A stretch of 64,000 bases of DNA from Candidatus Deferrimicrobiaceae bacterium (lineage in GTDB: Bacteria > Desulfobacterota > Deferrimicrobia > Deferrimicrobiales > Deferrimicrobiaceae). Below are positions 31,296 through 41,308 of the stretch, in pieces. Within the stretch, counting starts at the first letter, position 1. Every line of letters starts with the position of its first letter. The stretch spans positions 64,001-128,000 of the forward strand of contig CAWBVY010000009.1 of the NCBI GenBank assembly GCA_963792415.1, written 5' to 3'. The notes under the pieces are model-generated. The model did not search any database. It had not been told where the DNA came from and saw only the letters and a list, made by a program, of their open reading frames with translations. Made by a program: the position numbers and the translations under genes.

Positions 31296-31801
31296 CCGAA
31301 GAGCCCCGGCGACGTGGCCTCCGGGTGGTCGCCGTATTCGAGGGCGCGAAGGGAGGGTTGGTCCTCGTTACGGGCTTCGGACTCCTCGCCTTCCTCCATC
31401 GCGGCCTCCACAACGCGGCGGAAGAAGTCGTCAGGCACCTCCATTTGAACCCCGCCCGGCATTATCCCCGCATCTTTCTCGACGCGGCCGCCCACGTCAC
31501 CGATACCCAGCTCCGGCTCCTCGCCCTTTCGGCGTTTCTTTATGCCGTCGTCCGATTCATCGAAGCATTCGGCTTATGGCATCGGAAACGCTGGGCGGCA
31601 TGGTTCGGGGTCCTGAGCGGAGGCGTCTATGTCCCGGTGGAACTCTTCGAGGTGGCCCACCGCCTTTCCTGGGCCAGGCTGACCGCACTGGCGGTCAATC
31701 TGGCGATCGTCGCGTATCTGGTCCATGAGCTCACGACCCGCGGACGGCCACCTCGAAATCCCTCCCCTCCCAGGTCCCCGCGTCGATCCAGAAAAACGTG
31801 A
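31283..31801 (+). CDS. DUF2127-like membrane protein
   Basis: A.FE..KG, Y....IEA.GLW..KRWA, Y.P.E..E, N..IV.YL. Confidence 0.75.
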   Translation: MDLVTEEPRRRGLRVVAVFEGAKGGLVLVTGFGLLAFLHRGLHNAAEEVVRHLHLNPARHYPRIFLDAAAHVTDTQLRLLALSAFLYAVVRFIEAFGLWHRKRWAAWFGVLSGGVYVPVELFEVAHRLSWARLTALAVNLAIVAYLVHELTTRGRPPRNPSPPRSPRRSRKT

Positions 31802-34133
31802 AGCGGATCCGCCCGCCCTGCGGCGGCAGGGAGGCGACATCGACGTATTCGATCCCCAACGCGGTCGGGGTGGAGTGCGAATCCTCCACGGTGCCCCAGT
31901 CGTTCCGCGTCCAGCGGAGGAGAAACGGCGCCCCCGCCTGGATGCGAAGGATGCCCCCCTCCCGGACCTCGCGAACCTCGCGGTTATGCTTCCAGATCTC
32001 CATCGGCTTGCAGACCCTGCTGCCGGAGAGGTAGCGGTCCGCCACCTCGGGGACGAGGTCGAACACCTGGCCGTCCGACGCCGACCGGAGGAGCTTGATG
32101 TATTCGGCGTGCGCCCACATCAGCGGCCTGGCGGAGCCGGTGGGCCGCCCGAGGAACATGAAGAGATCCGGCCGGTCCGGCTCGTCCCAGACCTGCTCCG
32201 GGAGCAGCCCGGTCGGGGAGGCGAACCCCTCCATGGCCCGCAGGAACGAACCCGGGGAGCGCCCGGCGGCCAATTCGTAATGCCCCCGCTCCCCGGTGAG
32301 CAGGGGCCACGCGCGCCCCTTCCCGTACCCGACGAACGGACCGCCGTCCTCCCTCTGCCCGTACCCGTCGTGGTTGTACCGCCGCCAGCACGGGCCGTCC
32401 GGCGTGTCCACCTTGAGCACGGCATCGAGCACGCGCAGGGAGTCGACGATCAGGGGATCGTCCGCCTTCCGGATCCCGTACCGGACAAGCTCCAGAAACC
32501 CTCCGTCGACGATCTCCTTCGCGGGGAACCGCCAGGGGGAACCCGGGGGGCGGTTCGCAACCGCGAGGACGCCGCGATTGGGGTCCTCGGGCGGGAATGG
32601 ATCGGTCACATCCACCGGGAGGATGCGGATGTAGTGCCTCGGTATCCCCGCGACGAGCGCCCCCTCCTTCGTCACCATCCAGGCTTCGACGTGGCATTCG
32701 AGAAAATCCGCGTACTCCTCGAGGAAAGCGGCGGTCGCCCCGTCTCCCCGTTCGCGGGCGAAGGAGGCCGCGCAGACGAGCGCCGCGATGTTGGAGGCGA
32801 TCGTGGAGGGGGAGTAGCCGCCGGCCTCCTCCCACCGCTCCTGCTGCGTCGCCGGTCCATGGAGGATCAGATAGCGGGCCGCCCCCATCACCATCGGATA
32901 CGGGTCGAAGTTCCCGAGGCCGCCCTTGCGCAACAGGCGCCACGCCAGAAGGATGGGGAACGCGACCTCGTCGAGCTGGATCCCCCGCCAGTACGACTCC
33001 CCGTCGATCCAGAAGTTCTGGGAGAACCCGCCGTCCTCGTGCTGGCTGACGGCCAGGTAGATCAGGGCGCGCAACGGCGACTCGGTGTTCCCGGCGGCGA
33101 GGAGGCCCGTGGCCGTGTTGACCATGTCCCTCGTCCAGACGAGGTGATACCCCCCGCGGTCGTCGTCCCCCTTCGACTCCCCCCACGGGATCGACAGCGA
33201 CGCGATGAAGGCCCCGGGATACGTCTTGTCCTCGTGCGCGAGAAGGAGGCTGTAGCTCCCGTGGTACAGGTCCCCCCCGTCGGACGCCGATTTCTCGAGC
33301 GGCAGCAGGCGCCTGCACGACCGGTTCCACTGCTCGGCGTACCGTTCCCGATGGGCATCGAAAGGAGTCGCGAGGGATTCCAGGAGCGTCGTCGCCGCGT
33401 TGTGGAGGCCATCCCCGAAGGCGAGCCCCATCGTGAACTCCCGGCGGTCGCCCAGGTCCAGCTCGCCGGTGAGGGCGATGTTTCCGTCCGTCGCACGGTC
33501 GAACTCCCAGTCCATCCGATACCCGGAGGCGAGATCCGTCCACCCGTCGCTTTGCCCCACGTAGCCGCAGGAGAGGCGCGAGAAAGGGACGGTCGCGGCC
33601 AGCGCGAGCCAGACCCCGCCCTTCTCGGCGGTCAGGATCTTCCTGCCCGCGATCTCCACCACGCGGCCGTTGTTCCCCCATCCCCCCATCCCGAGGTGGG
33701 GGGCGCACAAGGCGTAGAGCCGGAGTCGTTTCAGGAACGATTCGCCACCCGAGAGGGTCGTATTCACGAGGAGGCACGGCAGGTGGGGGTCGGAGAGGAT
33801 CACCTTGGCGATGGAATAGCGCCCCTCCGGGTCGGAGTTCGTGATCCTGTATCCGAGGACATGATGGGAGATCCGTTCCGTCGCGGAACGGAGATGGCGC
33901 TTCTCCTCGTGGAAGAAGCTCTCCCCGTCCGTGACGAGGAACTGGAGATCCCGGAGCTGCGGCCGGTCCACGGTCGGGTAGTAGACTTCGGTGACGACCC
34001 CGTTCCAGAGAGTGAACCAGAGACGGCTCGAGCTGGCGTAGGCCGTGCCGACGCCGTCTTTCGCGGAATGGGTCCAACGCGGCGGGATCCCCGGCCTTCC
34101 GAACGCTTCGTTCCGATCGGCATCCTTCCCCAT
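31731..34133 (-). CDS. GH15 glucoamylase / glucodextranase-like enzyme
   Basis: Y.LVW.RD, QLDE, QERWEE, RY..DGYG, WPLL.GER, LPEQVW, PL.WAHA. Confidence 0.92.
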   Translation of the reverse strand: MGKDADRNEAFGRPGIPPRWTHSAKDGVGTAYASSSRLWFTLWNGVVTEVYYPTVDRPQLRDLQFLVTDGESFFHEEKRHLRSATERISHHVLGYRITNSDPEGRYSIAKVILSDPHLPCLLVNTTLSGGESFLKRLRLYALCAPHLGMGGWGNNGRVVEIAGRKILTAEKGGVWLALAATVPFSRLSCGYVGQSDGWTDLASGYRMDWEFDRATDGNIALTGELDLGDRREFTMGLAFGDGLHNAATTLLESLATPFDAHRERYAEQWNRSCRRLLPLEKSASDGGDLYHGSYSLLLAHEDKTYPGAFIASLSIPWGESKGDDDRGGYHLVWTRDMVNTATGLLAAGNTESPLRALIYLAVSQHEDGGFSQNFWIDGESYWRGIQLDEVAFPILLAWRLLRKGGLGNFDPYPMVMGAARYLILHGPATQQERWEEAGGYSPSTIASNIAALVCAASFARERGDGATAAFLEEYADFLECHVEAWMVTKEGALVAGIPRHYIRILPVDVTDPFPPEDPNRGVLAVANRPPGSPWRFPAKEIVDGGFLELVRYGIRKADDPLIVDSLRVLDAVLKVDTPDGPCWRRYNHDGYGQREDGGPFVGYGKGRAWPLLTGERGHYELAAGRSPGSFLRAMEGFASPTGLLPEQVWDEPDRPDLFMFLGRPTGSARPLMWAHAEYIKLLRSASDGQVFDLVPEVADRYLSGSRVCKPMEIWKHNREVREVREGGILRIQAGAPFLLRWTRNDWGTVEDSHSTPTALGIEYVDVASLPPQGGRIRFTFFWIDAGTWEGRDFEVAVRGS

Positions 34134-34194
34134 CGCAACTCCTTTCGGTGACCGGAAGAGAAGGAAAAAGGCCGTGGTGGAGAGGGTCCCCCGC

Positions 34195-34647
34195 TCAGTC
34201 GCCCGCTTCCTGCTTCACCAGAAGGACGGAGCAGGGAAGCCTGCGGATGATGGCGGCGTTGATGCGCCCGAACAGGAAGTGCTCGAGCCGGCTCTCCTCG
34301 TGGGCCGGCATGAGGAGGAGATCGATTCTCTCCTCCTCCACCACGTTCCGGATCACGCCGATCGGCTCCCCCTGCCGGACCAGTTCCTTCACCGGCAAAC
34401 CCCCCGTCGCCTCGGAGCGGACAACCTTCTTCAGGTTGTTCCCGGCTTCCTTGAGGAGTTCCTTGTACTCCTCCTCCACGGACAGAAACGGCAGGTTCCA
34501 GCCAGCCTCCCCGAAGGGATCGTGTTCCACGTGGAGAACCACCAGTTCCGCGCCGTACTTCTTCGCCAGGGAGACCCCGTAGCGCACCGTTTCGCGGCTG
34601 TGCTTGAGGTCCGAGGCCACAGCCATGATCCGCTTGATGTCGTTCAT
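34195..34647 (-). CDS. universal stress protein (USP)
   Basis: IKRIM.A.D, G.P...I, DLLLM, I.R.LPCSVLLVK. Confidence 0.88.
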   Translation of the reverse strand: MNDIKRIMAVASDLKHSRETVRYGVSLAKKYGAELVVLHVEHDPFGEAGWNLPFLSVEEEYKELLKEAGNNLKKVVRSEATGGLPVKELVRQGEPIGVIRNVVEEERIDLLLMPAHEESRLEHFLFGRINAAIIRRLPCSVLLVKQEAGD

Positions 34648-34690
34648 CTCATCCTCCATCCGATATTGGGAGCGCCCGACGGCAATCGGG

Positions 34691-35707
34691 TCATTTCTTC
34701 TCCAGGTGGCCGCCGAAGGCGAACCGCATGGCGGAAAGGATCCTGTCGGCGAAGTCCGCCTCGCCACGGGAGGCGAATCGCTGGTAGAGGGCTGTGGTGA
34801 GCACCGGCGCGGGGACCGCCTCGTCGACGGCGGCGTGGATCGTCCATCGCCCTTCGCCGGAGTCGGAGACCCGGCCGGCGTATTTTTCGAGAGCCGGGTC
34901 GTCGAGCAGGGCGGCGGCGGTCAGGTCGAGGAGCCAGGAGGAGATGACGCTCCCGCGGCGCCAGACTTCCGCGACGTCGGCCAGGTCGAAATCGTACCGG
35001 TAACGCTCCGGGTCCTGAAGCGGCGTGGTCTCCGCGTCCCGTTCATGACGGAGCTTGCCGACGCCGGCGTGCCGCAGGATGTTGAGCCCCTCGGCGTAGG
35101 CGGCCATGATGCCGTACTCGATCCCGTTGTGCACCATCTTGACGAAGTGTCCGGCGCCGTTCGGCCCGCAGTGCAGATACCCCTGCTCGGCGGTGCCGCC
35201 GGCCTTCTCCCGTCCGGGCGTGCGCGGGGCCGAGTCGGCGGGCGGCGCCAGCCCCCTGAAGACGGCGTCAAGACGCTTCACGATGTCCGGCTCCCCGCCG
35301 ACCATCTGGCAGTACCCGCGATCGAGGCCCAACACGCCGCCGCTCGTCCCCACGTCCACGTAGTGGATCCCCTTCGCGGAGAGTTCCTTTGCCCGCCGGA
35401 TGTCGTCCACGTACCAGGAGTTCCCCCCGTCCACGAGAACGTCGCCCCGCGCAAGCCGCGGCGCGAGGTCGGCGATGGCCCGGTCCACGACACCCGCCGG
35501 GACCATCATCCATACGACGCGCGGCTTCGGGATCCTGCCCAGGAAGTCGTCGAGAGAGGCGGAGCCCGTCGCCCCTTCCTTCACGAGGGCCGTCACCGCC
35601 TCCGTCGACGTATCGTACACGACGACCCTGTGCCCGGCGCGCATGAGCCGCCGCACCATGTTGGCGCCCATCCGGCCGAGGCCGATCATTCCAAGCTCCA
35701 TGGTCAT
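34691..35707 (-). CDS. gnd: 6-phosphogluconate dehydrogenase (short type)
   Basis: GLGRMG, DGGNS, GTSGG, KMVHNGIEYG, DSGEGRW, MR..FGGH. Confidence 0.93.
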   Translation of the reverse strand: MTMELGMIGLGRMGANMVRRLMRAGHRVVVYDTSTEAVTALVKEGATGSASLDDFLGRIPKPRVVWMMVPAGVVDRAIADLAPRLARGDVLVDGGNSWYVDDIRRAKELSAKGIHYVDVGTSGGVLGLDRGYCQMVGGEPDIVKRLDAVFRGLAPPADSAPRTPGREKAGGTAEQGYLHCGPNGAGHFVKMVHNGIEYGIMAAYAEGLNILRHAGVGKLRHERDAETTPLQDPERYRYDFDLADVAEVWRRGSVISSWLLDLTAAALLDDPALEKYAGRVSDSGEGRWTIHAAVDEAVPAPVLTTALYQRFASRGEADFADRILSAMRFAFGGHLEKK

Positions 35708-35788
35708 TCCTCCCCCGGTGCGGCGAGGGCAAGCCGGCGGTTCCGGCCCACTACTCCCGGTGTCCGGCGCCTGTCCCGGTCCCCCGGG

Positions 35789-36121
35789 TCACTTAAAGGT
35801 ATTGAGGACGTACTGCGCGATCTCCTTCGCATCCTTGTCGGAAATTGTCTTCGCGTCGAAGCGGGACATCCCGGGTCCCGGGTTCCGCATCTTCCCAACG
35901 ATGTCCTGGGCCGTCTTGACACCGTTGGCATCCATGTCCTTCTTGCGGAGCGTCAAGCCCGGCTTGATGATATTCCCCCCGTTCGGGTGGCAGGCGGCGC
36001 AGTACTGCTGAAACAGCTTCGCACCCGCCGATTCCTTCTTCTCCGCCGCGTTGAGTCCGGCGGCCGCCAGGACCAGGCACATGGACACCATGAGGATAGC
36101 GACCTTCGTCAACGTTCTCAT
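35789..36121 (-). CDS. monoheme cytochrome c (c6/PetJ-like)
   Basis: Signal peptide; CAACH..GGN; distal Met (PGPGM). Confidence 0.88.
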   Translation of the reverse strand: MRTLTKVAILMVSMCLVLAAAGLNAAEKKESAGAKLFQQYCAACHPNGGNIIKPGLTLRKKDMDANGVKTAQDIVGKMRNPGPGMSRFDAKTISDKDAKEIAQYVLNTFK

Positions 36122-36210
36122 CTTCCCCTCCTTTTTCGCATCGCTGAGATGCGTTTCTTTCCCGGAACTCCGTTTTACCCTCTTATTATCGTATCACTTC
36201 GGAACGTCGG

Positions 36211-37035
36211 TTACGGACACCGTGTCTCCGCCAGGAACCGATCGATCAGCCGCCTGGCGATGGTTCCATGATGCGGTATCCGGAGCCGGAGGACCTCCTC
36301 CGGGCCGAACCAGCCGGCCCGAACGATCTCCTTTTCCTCGAGAACGAGTTCCCCGCCGGCGAACGAAGCGGTGAAGCCGACCATCAGGGAGTGCGGGAAC
36401 GGCCACGGCTGGCTTCCGAAGTACCGGAGGTCCTCCACCTCGATCCCGACCTCTTCCCGGATTTCCCGGCGCACGCACTCCTCGAACGTCTCCCCCGGCT
36501 CGACGAATCCGGCCAGCACGCTGTAGAAGGCCGCGGGGAACCTGCTGGATTGGGCAAGGAGGATCTTTCCGTCCCGGACCACGGAGACGATGACCGCCGG
36601 CGTGACCCGCGGAAAAAAATGGAGCCCGCACCCGGCGCAGACCCTCCCCCGCTCTCCCTCCAGCGGACCGGTGACCCCCCCGCACTTTCCGCAGAACTGG
36701 TGCGTCCGATCCCAGTCCATGACCTGGAACGCCCTTCCGGCGAGGGAGAATATCTCTTCCGGGAGCGCCCCGAGCAGGGGGCGCAGCGCGCGGAAGGAGG
36801 TGCCTTCCGGTCCGGCCTCCCCGGCCAGTTCCCCGGAGTAGCAGGGAGCGCCGTCCAGCGTTCCGAGGAATTGCGTCCGAACGGGGAACAGCCCCGCGTC
36901 TTCCGCGGAAGCCCAACGCGGAATCGCGACCTCGAGACCACGGACTTCCACCAGGAGCCGGTCTCCGTGGAAGAGGAACCACCACGCGGTGTTCGAACGG
37001 GTTGGCGGAGGAACGACGGCGGGGAGAAAGAGCAA
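36211..37035 (-). CDS. nudC: NAD(+)/NADH diphosphatase
   Basis: CGKCG...C..CG zinc site, Nudix box AGFVEPGE..E.CV.RE..EE, SQPWPFP; TTG start inferred from GGAGG. Confidence 0.9.
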   Translation of the reverse strand: MLFLPAVVPPPTRSNTAWWFLFHGDRLLVEVRGLEVAIPRWASAEDAGLFPVRTQFLGTLDGAPCYSGELAGEAGPEGTSFRALRPLLGALPEEIFSLAGRAFQVMDWDRTHQFCGKCGGVTGPLEGERGRVCAGCGLHFFPRVTPAVIVSVVRDGKILLAQSSRFPAAFYSVLAGFVEPGETFEECVRREIREEVGIEVEDLRYFGSQPWPFPHSLMVGFTASFAGGELVLEEKEIVRAGWFGPEEVLRLRIPHHGTIARRLIDRFLAETRCP

Positions 37036-37266
37036 AAGGGGTTCCTCCGGTTGGGTTGGCCGCCTGTACTCCCGGATCTTAATCATACCGCTGGATTTCC
37101 CCCGCTTCTTCCCAAAGAATGATTTTTGTCGAAACCTTTCGGCCAGCGTGGCACTCGTCAAGGCGATGGGAGGCGGCCGGGAAGCGTCGCCTTGCGGTAA
37201 CCTTTCCCGTCGCCCTGCCGCCCTTAAAGGGAAAGAGGCCGATCAAGGCCGATCAGGGAGGGAACG

Positions 37267-37794
37267 ATGAAAATATTGCACAAGGGATGTACCGCGCTGG
37301 TCTTTCTTACGGCGGTTGCCGTGGGGGCGACGATGGTTTCCGGAAACGCCTGGGCTCACCGAGGCGGAGACCGCGACGGAGGATGTGGCTGCTCCCAACG
37401 CGATGGCGGGTGGAAAGGGCACGGCCCGCAGGGCGACCGGCTGGCGAAGGAGCTCGACCTGTCCAGGGAGCAGACGGAGCAGGTCAAGGCGATCTTCCGG
37501 AAACATCGTGACGAGACCGCCCCGCTTCGCAAGGAGATGGTGTCCGGGCGGCGGGAATTGCGGAACCTGACCCAGTCGGACAAACTGGACGAGACGGCCA
37601 TCCGGGAGCAGGTGAAGAAGATCGCCGCTACGAGCGGGGATCTCGCCGTCCGCCGGGCCAGGGTGTCCCAGGAAGTGCGGGCTTTGCTGACGCCGGAGCA
37701 GATCCAGAAGTTCCGGGCCTTGCAGGAAAAGCGGGACCGGCGGATCGACGGGAGGATGAAGCGCGGGCAGGAAGGGCCGCCGAAGGGAGAATAG
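37267..37794 (+). CDS. Spy/CpxP-family periplasmic chaperone
   Basis: Signal peptide; LS.EQ and LTPEQ motifs. Confidence 0.88.
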   Translation: MKILHKGCTALVFLTAVAVGATMVSGNAWAHRGGDRDGGCGCSQRDGGWKGHGPQGDRLAKELDLSREQTEQVKAIFRKHRDETAPLRKEMVSGRRELRNLTQSDKLDETAIREQVKKIAATSGDLAVRRARVSQEVRALLTPEQIQKFRALQEKRDRRIDGRMKRGQEGPPKGE

Positions 37795-37818
37795 TGCTTG
37801 TACGCTTTGGGGGTGCCG

Positions 37819-38373
37819 ATGGCGGCGCCGGACGAGGATGCCGACCTCGTCCGGTCCGCGATCGGGGGCGACGACGACGCGTTTGCGGAGCTGGTGCGCC
37901 GACATAAGGGGACGGTTCTCCGCAGCGCCGCCCGCTTCGCGCGCAACCCCGCGGAGCTCGAGGATCTCGGACAGGAGACGTTCCTGAGGGTGTACCGGGA
38001 CCTCCGCTCCTTTCGCGGCGACGCCCCTTTCGGGCACTGGCTGTCGCGGATCACGGTGCACGCATGTTACGACGCGCTGCGGAAACGGCGCCGGGAGGAG
38101 AAGGATGTCTCGCTGGAGGTCCTGGCCTCGCCGGTCGCGGACCCTTCCACCGGAAACGGCCCTTCCGCCCAACTGGCCCGCATGATCCTCGACCAGGCGA
38201 TGTCGCGCCTCAAACCCGAGGACCGGCTGGTCATCACGTTGTACGAACTGGAGGACCGGCCGCTCCGGGAGGTGGCCGAGTTGACCGGGTGGAGCGAAAC
38301 CCTGGTGAAGGTGCGCGCTTTCCGCGCGCGGCAGGCGTTGAAACGGCTGATCGGAGGGGACGATGAACGATGA
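37819..38373 (+). CDS. ECF sigma factor
   Basis: D.DAF.ELV, EDL.QETF, F..WL..I, region 4 EVAE...VKVR.FRAR; start may be 37798. Confidence 0.9.
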   Translation: MAAPDEDADLVRSAIGGDDDAFAELVRRHKGTVLRSAARFARNPAELEDLGQETFLRVYRDLRSFRGDAPFGHWLSRITVHACYDALRKRRREEKDVSLEVLASPVADPSTGNGPSAQLARMILDQAMSRLKPEDRLVITLYELEDRPLREVAELTGWSETLVKVRAFRARQALKRLIGGDDER

Positions 38374-38671
38374 ACGACGCGACCGGGGGGACGTGGAGCT
38401 CGACCGGCTTTTCGCGCTGGCGCGGCAGGCACCCCCGGACATCACCGGGGTCGAACGAAACTTCGAGACGCGCGTGATGGCGAGGGTTCGGGAGTCGCGG
38501 GAGCCCTGGTACGCCTGGGCGTGGCGGCTGGCGCCGATCTTCCTCGTGCTGACGATTCTTCTCGGGGGGTGGAGCGTGCTCTATCCGCCGGTGCAACCGG
38601 CCGATCCGGTGACCATGCTCGCCTCGGGAGCCCAGGAAGTCGCGCTGCTCGACTATCTGACGGGAGAGTGA
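38363..38671 (+). CDS. putative single-TM anti-sigma factor
   Basis: FETRVMAR motif plus TM; overlaps sigma stop. Confidence 0.65.
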   Translation: MNDERRDRGDVELDRLFALARQAPPDITGVERNFETRVMARVRESREPWYAWAWRLAPIFLVLTILLGGWSVLYPPVQPADPVTMLASGAQEVALLDYLTGE

Positions 38672-38676
38672 CGACC

Positions 38677-39069
38677 ATGAAACGATGGAAATCGATCCTC
38701 GGCGTCCTGCTGGTCTTCCTGCTCGGCGCCCTCGCGGGGGCCGCGGTCCTGCACCGCATCGACCGTCAAAACACCGAGGCCGTTCTCTCCGGGCGGGACG
38801 GGGCCACGGTGGACCTCGTCGTCAGGCGGCTTTCGCGGTCTCTGGACCTCGACCCCACCCAGCGGGACCAGGTGCGCGCCATCGTCTCCGAGACGCACCG
38901 GGACATCGACGAGATCCGGAAGCCGATCCGTGCCCAGGTCATGGCCTCGATCGAGAACTCCCGCGCCCGCGTTCGCGCGATCCTGCGCCCCGACCAGCAG
39001 GAGAAGTTCGACCGCCTCCAGGCCGAGCGCCGAAAACGAAGGGGTTGGCCGGAATCGTCCCGTCCTTGA
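38677..39069 (+). CDS. periplasmic helical (LTxxQ-like) accessory protein
   Basis: N-terminal TM; LDL...Q, IL.P.Q..KF. Confidence 0.7.
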   Translation: MKRWKSILGVLLVFLLGALAGAAVLHRIDRQNTEAVLSGRDGATVDLVVRRLSRSLDLDPTQRDQVRAIVSETHRDIDEIRKPIRAQVMASIENSRARVRAILRPDQQEKFDRLQAERRKRRGWPESSRP

Positions 39070-39141
39070 ATCAAACGCCGCCCGTCCCCGGCGGCTGACT
39101 ACCGAACCCGGGCCTCTCCGGCAGCCCTCGGGGCCCCGGCG

Positions 39142-39693
39142 TCACCCCCGCAGGCGCGCCAGAAGCTTCCCGATCTGCCCCTGGTGGTCCCGCTCGTGCA
39201 AGAGCACCGTGAGGATGGGCCACTCGTACAGGTCCGGGTCCGCTTCGAACAGCGGGTGCGGGAAGGTCGCCGCCCGGGGATCGACGGTGGCGAGCATCGC
39301 GAAGGAGGACGCGGTCTGTTCCCGGGTTTCGCGGGCAAGGCGGAGGAGGTCGGCTTTCCCCGGCGGATCCTCCGGCCGGACCGCCGCCGGGGCCTGGTAC
39401 GCGGAGAGCGGCTTTTCCAGTTCGCGGACCTCAAGGACGGCATCGTCCGCCGGGTACGGCGGCAGCGAACCGGCCGCCGTCCTGATCGCCTTCCGGATCA
39501 CCTTGCTCATGCCGGTCTCGGCCATCAGGATGTGGTGCAGGATCTGCGCGGCCGACCACTCTCCCCCCACCTTCCGGGAAAACTCCTCGTCCGTCAGCCC
39601 CGACAGGGCCGAAAGCGTCTCCGCGCGGATCGCCTCCATCTCTCCGTACAGGGAGGCGAGTTTCGGCGGCAGCGCCGGGTTTCCTTCTCCCAT
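39142..39693 (-). CDS. DinB-family protein
   Basis: WS...IL.H, HP, HE..H..QI. Confidence 0.82.
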   Translation of the reverse strand: MGEGNPALPPKLASLYGEMEAIRAETLSALSGLTDEEFSRKVGGEWSAAQILHHILMAETGMSKVIRKAIRTAAGSLPPYPADDAVLEVRELEKPLSAYQAPAAVRPEDPPGKADLLRLARETREQTASSFAMLATVDPRAATFPHPLFEADPDLYEWPILTVLLHERDHQGQIGKLLARLRG

Positions 39694-39809
39694 CGGTGCT
39701 CTCCCTTCTTCGTTTCCCGTCCGGGTGGCGAGACCCCGGATCCGTTCCCTTTGGCCTCGCGTGCTCGAGGAGTTTTCGGGATTCGCGACATAGTATATTC
39801 GGGATGAAG

Positions 39810-39858
39810 ACGGGCGTCACCGGGAGGGGGCGAGTTCCCCCCTCCCGGCGACGCCCGT
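39810..39858 (-). terminator. strong hairpin after vWA gene
   Basis: ACGGGCGTCaCCGGGAGGGG...CCCCTCCCGGcGACGCCCGT, about 20-bp stem. Confidence 0.6.
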
Positions 39859-39861
39859 TCC

Positions 39862-41211
39862 CTACCGCTGCTGGAGCGTCTCGTACGCCCGGTACTTGAT
39901 CGCCTTCTGGGCCCCCTTGGCCGACTCCGAGCTCATGTCGCCCATCGCGTCGAGGCTGTCCTTGTACCGGTTCGCGTGATCCATCTCCGCGCGGACCGCG
40001 GGCGACGGGGGAGCGGCGGCCAGCCCCGCCGCGGCCTTTCCGAGCACCCCCTTCGCCTCCTCCTTCTTCCCCTGGTCGGCCAGTCGCGCCGCTTCCTGCA
40101 CCAGCACGTTCGCCTCCGCGACCGCCTTCTTTTCCTGCACCGACCGGTCGAACCCCTCCCGGTAGGCCCGCTCGTCGCGGACGAGTTCGAGGGATACGCT
40201 TTGCGCGGAGGCGGTGACGACCTTCGACGTCACCGGATCGCGGTACCGGAGCGCCACGTCCCCGACTTCGCGCATGCCGGTCCCTTCCCCGCTCACGTTG
40301 AGCCTGGCGAAGACGGTCCGGCGCTCGCCCGCCGAAAGATCGCCCAGCCGGATGACGTAGGCGTCGCCGTCGCGCCGCCAGTCGCGCCCGAGGACCGAGC
40401 CGAAGCGGCAATCCCTCTTGAGCCGGATGATGATCTCGACCTCGGAAGCGGCCGTCCGCGAGGCCGTGTGGAACTCGGATTCCAGCGCCGCCACGATCCG
40501 CTCGGGGTCGCCGAGATATCGGTAATTCCCCCCCCCGCCGCCGGCGATCCCCGCCATCAGCTCCTCGTCGAAATGGTTGCCGACCCCGAACGTGGAGACG
40601 GAGACCCCGTGCTCGGCCATCTCCCCGGCGCGCTCCCTCAGGGAGCCGCGGTGAATCACGCCGACATTGGCCAGCCCGTCCGAGAGGAGGAGAACCCGGT
40701 TCAGGGTGCCCCTGCGCTTCCCGGATTGCGCCTGCCGGAACCCTTCCTCCAGCCCCCCGGAGAGGAAGGTCGACCCGCCCGCGTACAGGCCGGAGACGAT
40801 CCGGTGGAGCTCCCCCCGGTTCCGCCCCACGGGACGCGACGGCCACGGGACCTGTACCTGCTGACTGTAGGTCACGATGGAGAGGAGATCGTCCGGCCCC
40901 ATCATGTCCACGAGATGGTGGGCGGCCGTTCTGACGAAGTCGAGCTTGCGCGCCTCCGCCATCGAGCCGCTCCGGTCGATGACGAGCGCGAGGTTCAGCC
41001 TGGGCCGGTTTGTGCGGATCCCCGGGATGTCCGGGGCGATCACCTGGATCTGGATCGTCCCGTCGCCGGGGCCGGGGACGAGCACCGTCCGGTTCTCCGA
41101 CCGGACGTCGAGCATAAGGGGCGCCGCATGGGCGCCCGCCGAGCCGAGAAGCACCGCCGCCAGCGCCACGGCCAGCGTGACGATCCTGTTGCCGATCCGC
41201 GCCGTTTCCAT
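39862..41211 (-). CDS. secreted vWA-domain protein (YfbK-like)
   Basis: MIDAS DRSGSM, T, LLSDG.AN; signal peptide; GGAGG RBS. Confidence 0.9.
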   Translation of the reverse strand: METARIGNRIVTLAVALAAVLLGSAGAHAAPLMLDVRSENRTVLVPGPGDGTIQIQVIAPDIPGIRTNRPRLNLALVIDRSGSMAEARKLDFVRTAAHHLVDMMGPDDLLSIVTYSQQVQVPWPSRPVGRNRGELHRIVSGLYAGGSTFLSGGLEEGFRQAQSGKRRGTLNRVLLLSDGLANVGVIHRGSLRERAGEMAEHGVSVSTFGVGNHFDEELMAGIAGGGGGNYRYLGDPERIVAALESEFHTASRTAASEVEIIIRLKRDCRFGSVLGRDWRRDGDAYVIRLGDLSAGERRTVFARLNVSGEGTGMREVGDVALRYRDPVTSKVVTASAQSVSLELVRDERAYREGFDRSVQEKKAVAEANVLVQEAARLADQGKKEEAKGVLGKAAAGLAAAPPSPAVRAEMDHANRYKDSLDAMGDMSSESAKGAQKAIKYRAYETLQQR

Positions 41212-41256
41212 GAGAATCCTCCGTTTCACCGAGATGGTATTTCCGTTCCCGCCCCA

Positions 41257-41287
41257 TATACCCCGGCCGGCCGGTCTTTATTCCCGC
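41257..41287 (-). promoter_or_regulatory. putative ECF promoter for vWA gene
   Basis: GCGGGAATA-N16-GGTATA on the minus strand. Confidence 0.7.
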
Positions 41288-41308
41288 TCGATCGACATCC
41301 TTTTCCGG

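Noticed and set aside
35789-36121. Cytochrome c6 as evidence of photosynthesis or cyanobacterial transfer
   Set aside because: c6-like cytochromes are known in non-phototrophs (for example Geobacter OmcF); no photosystem genes here.
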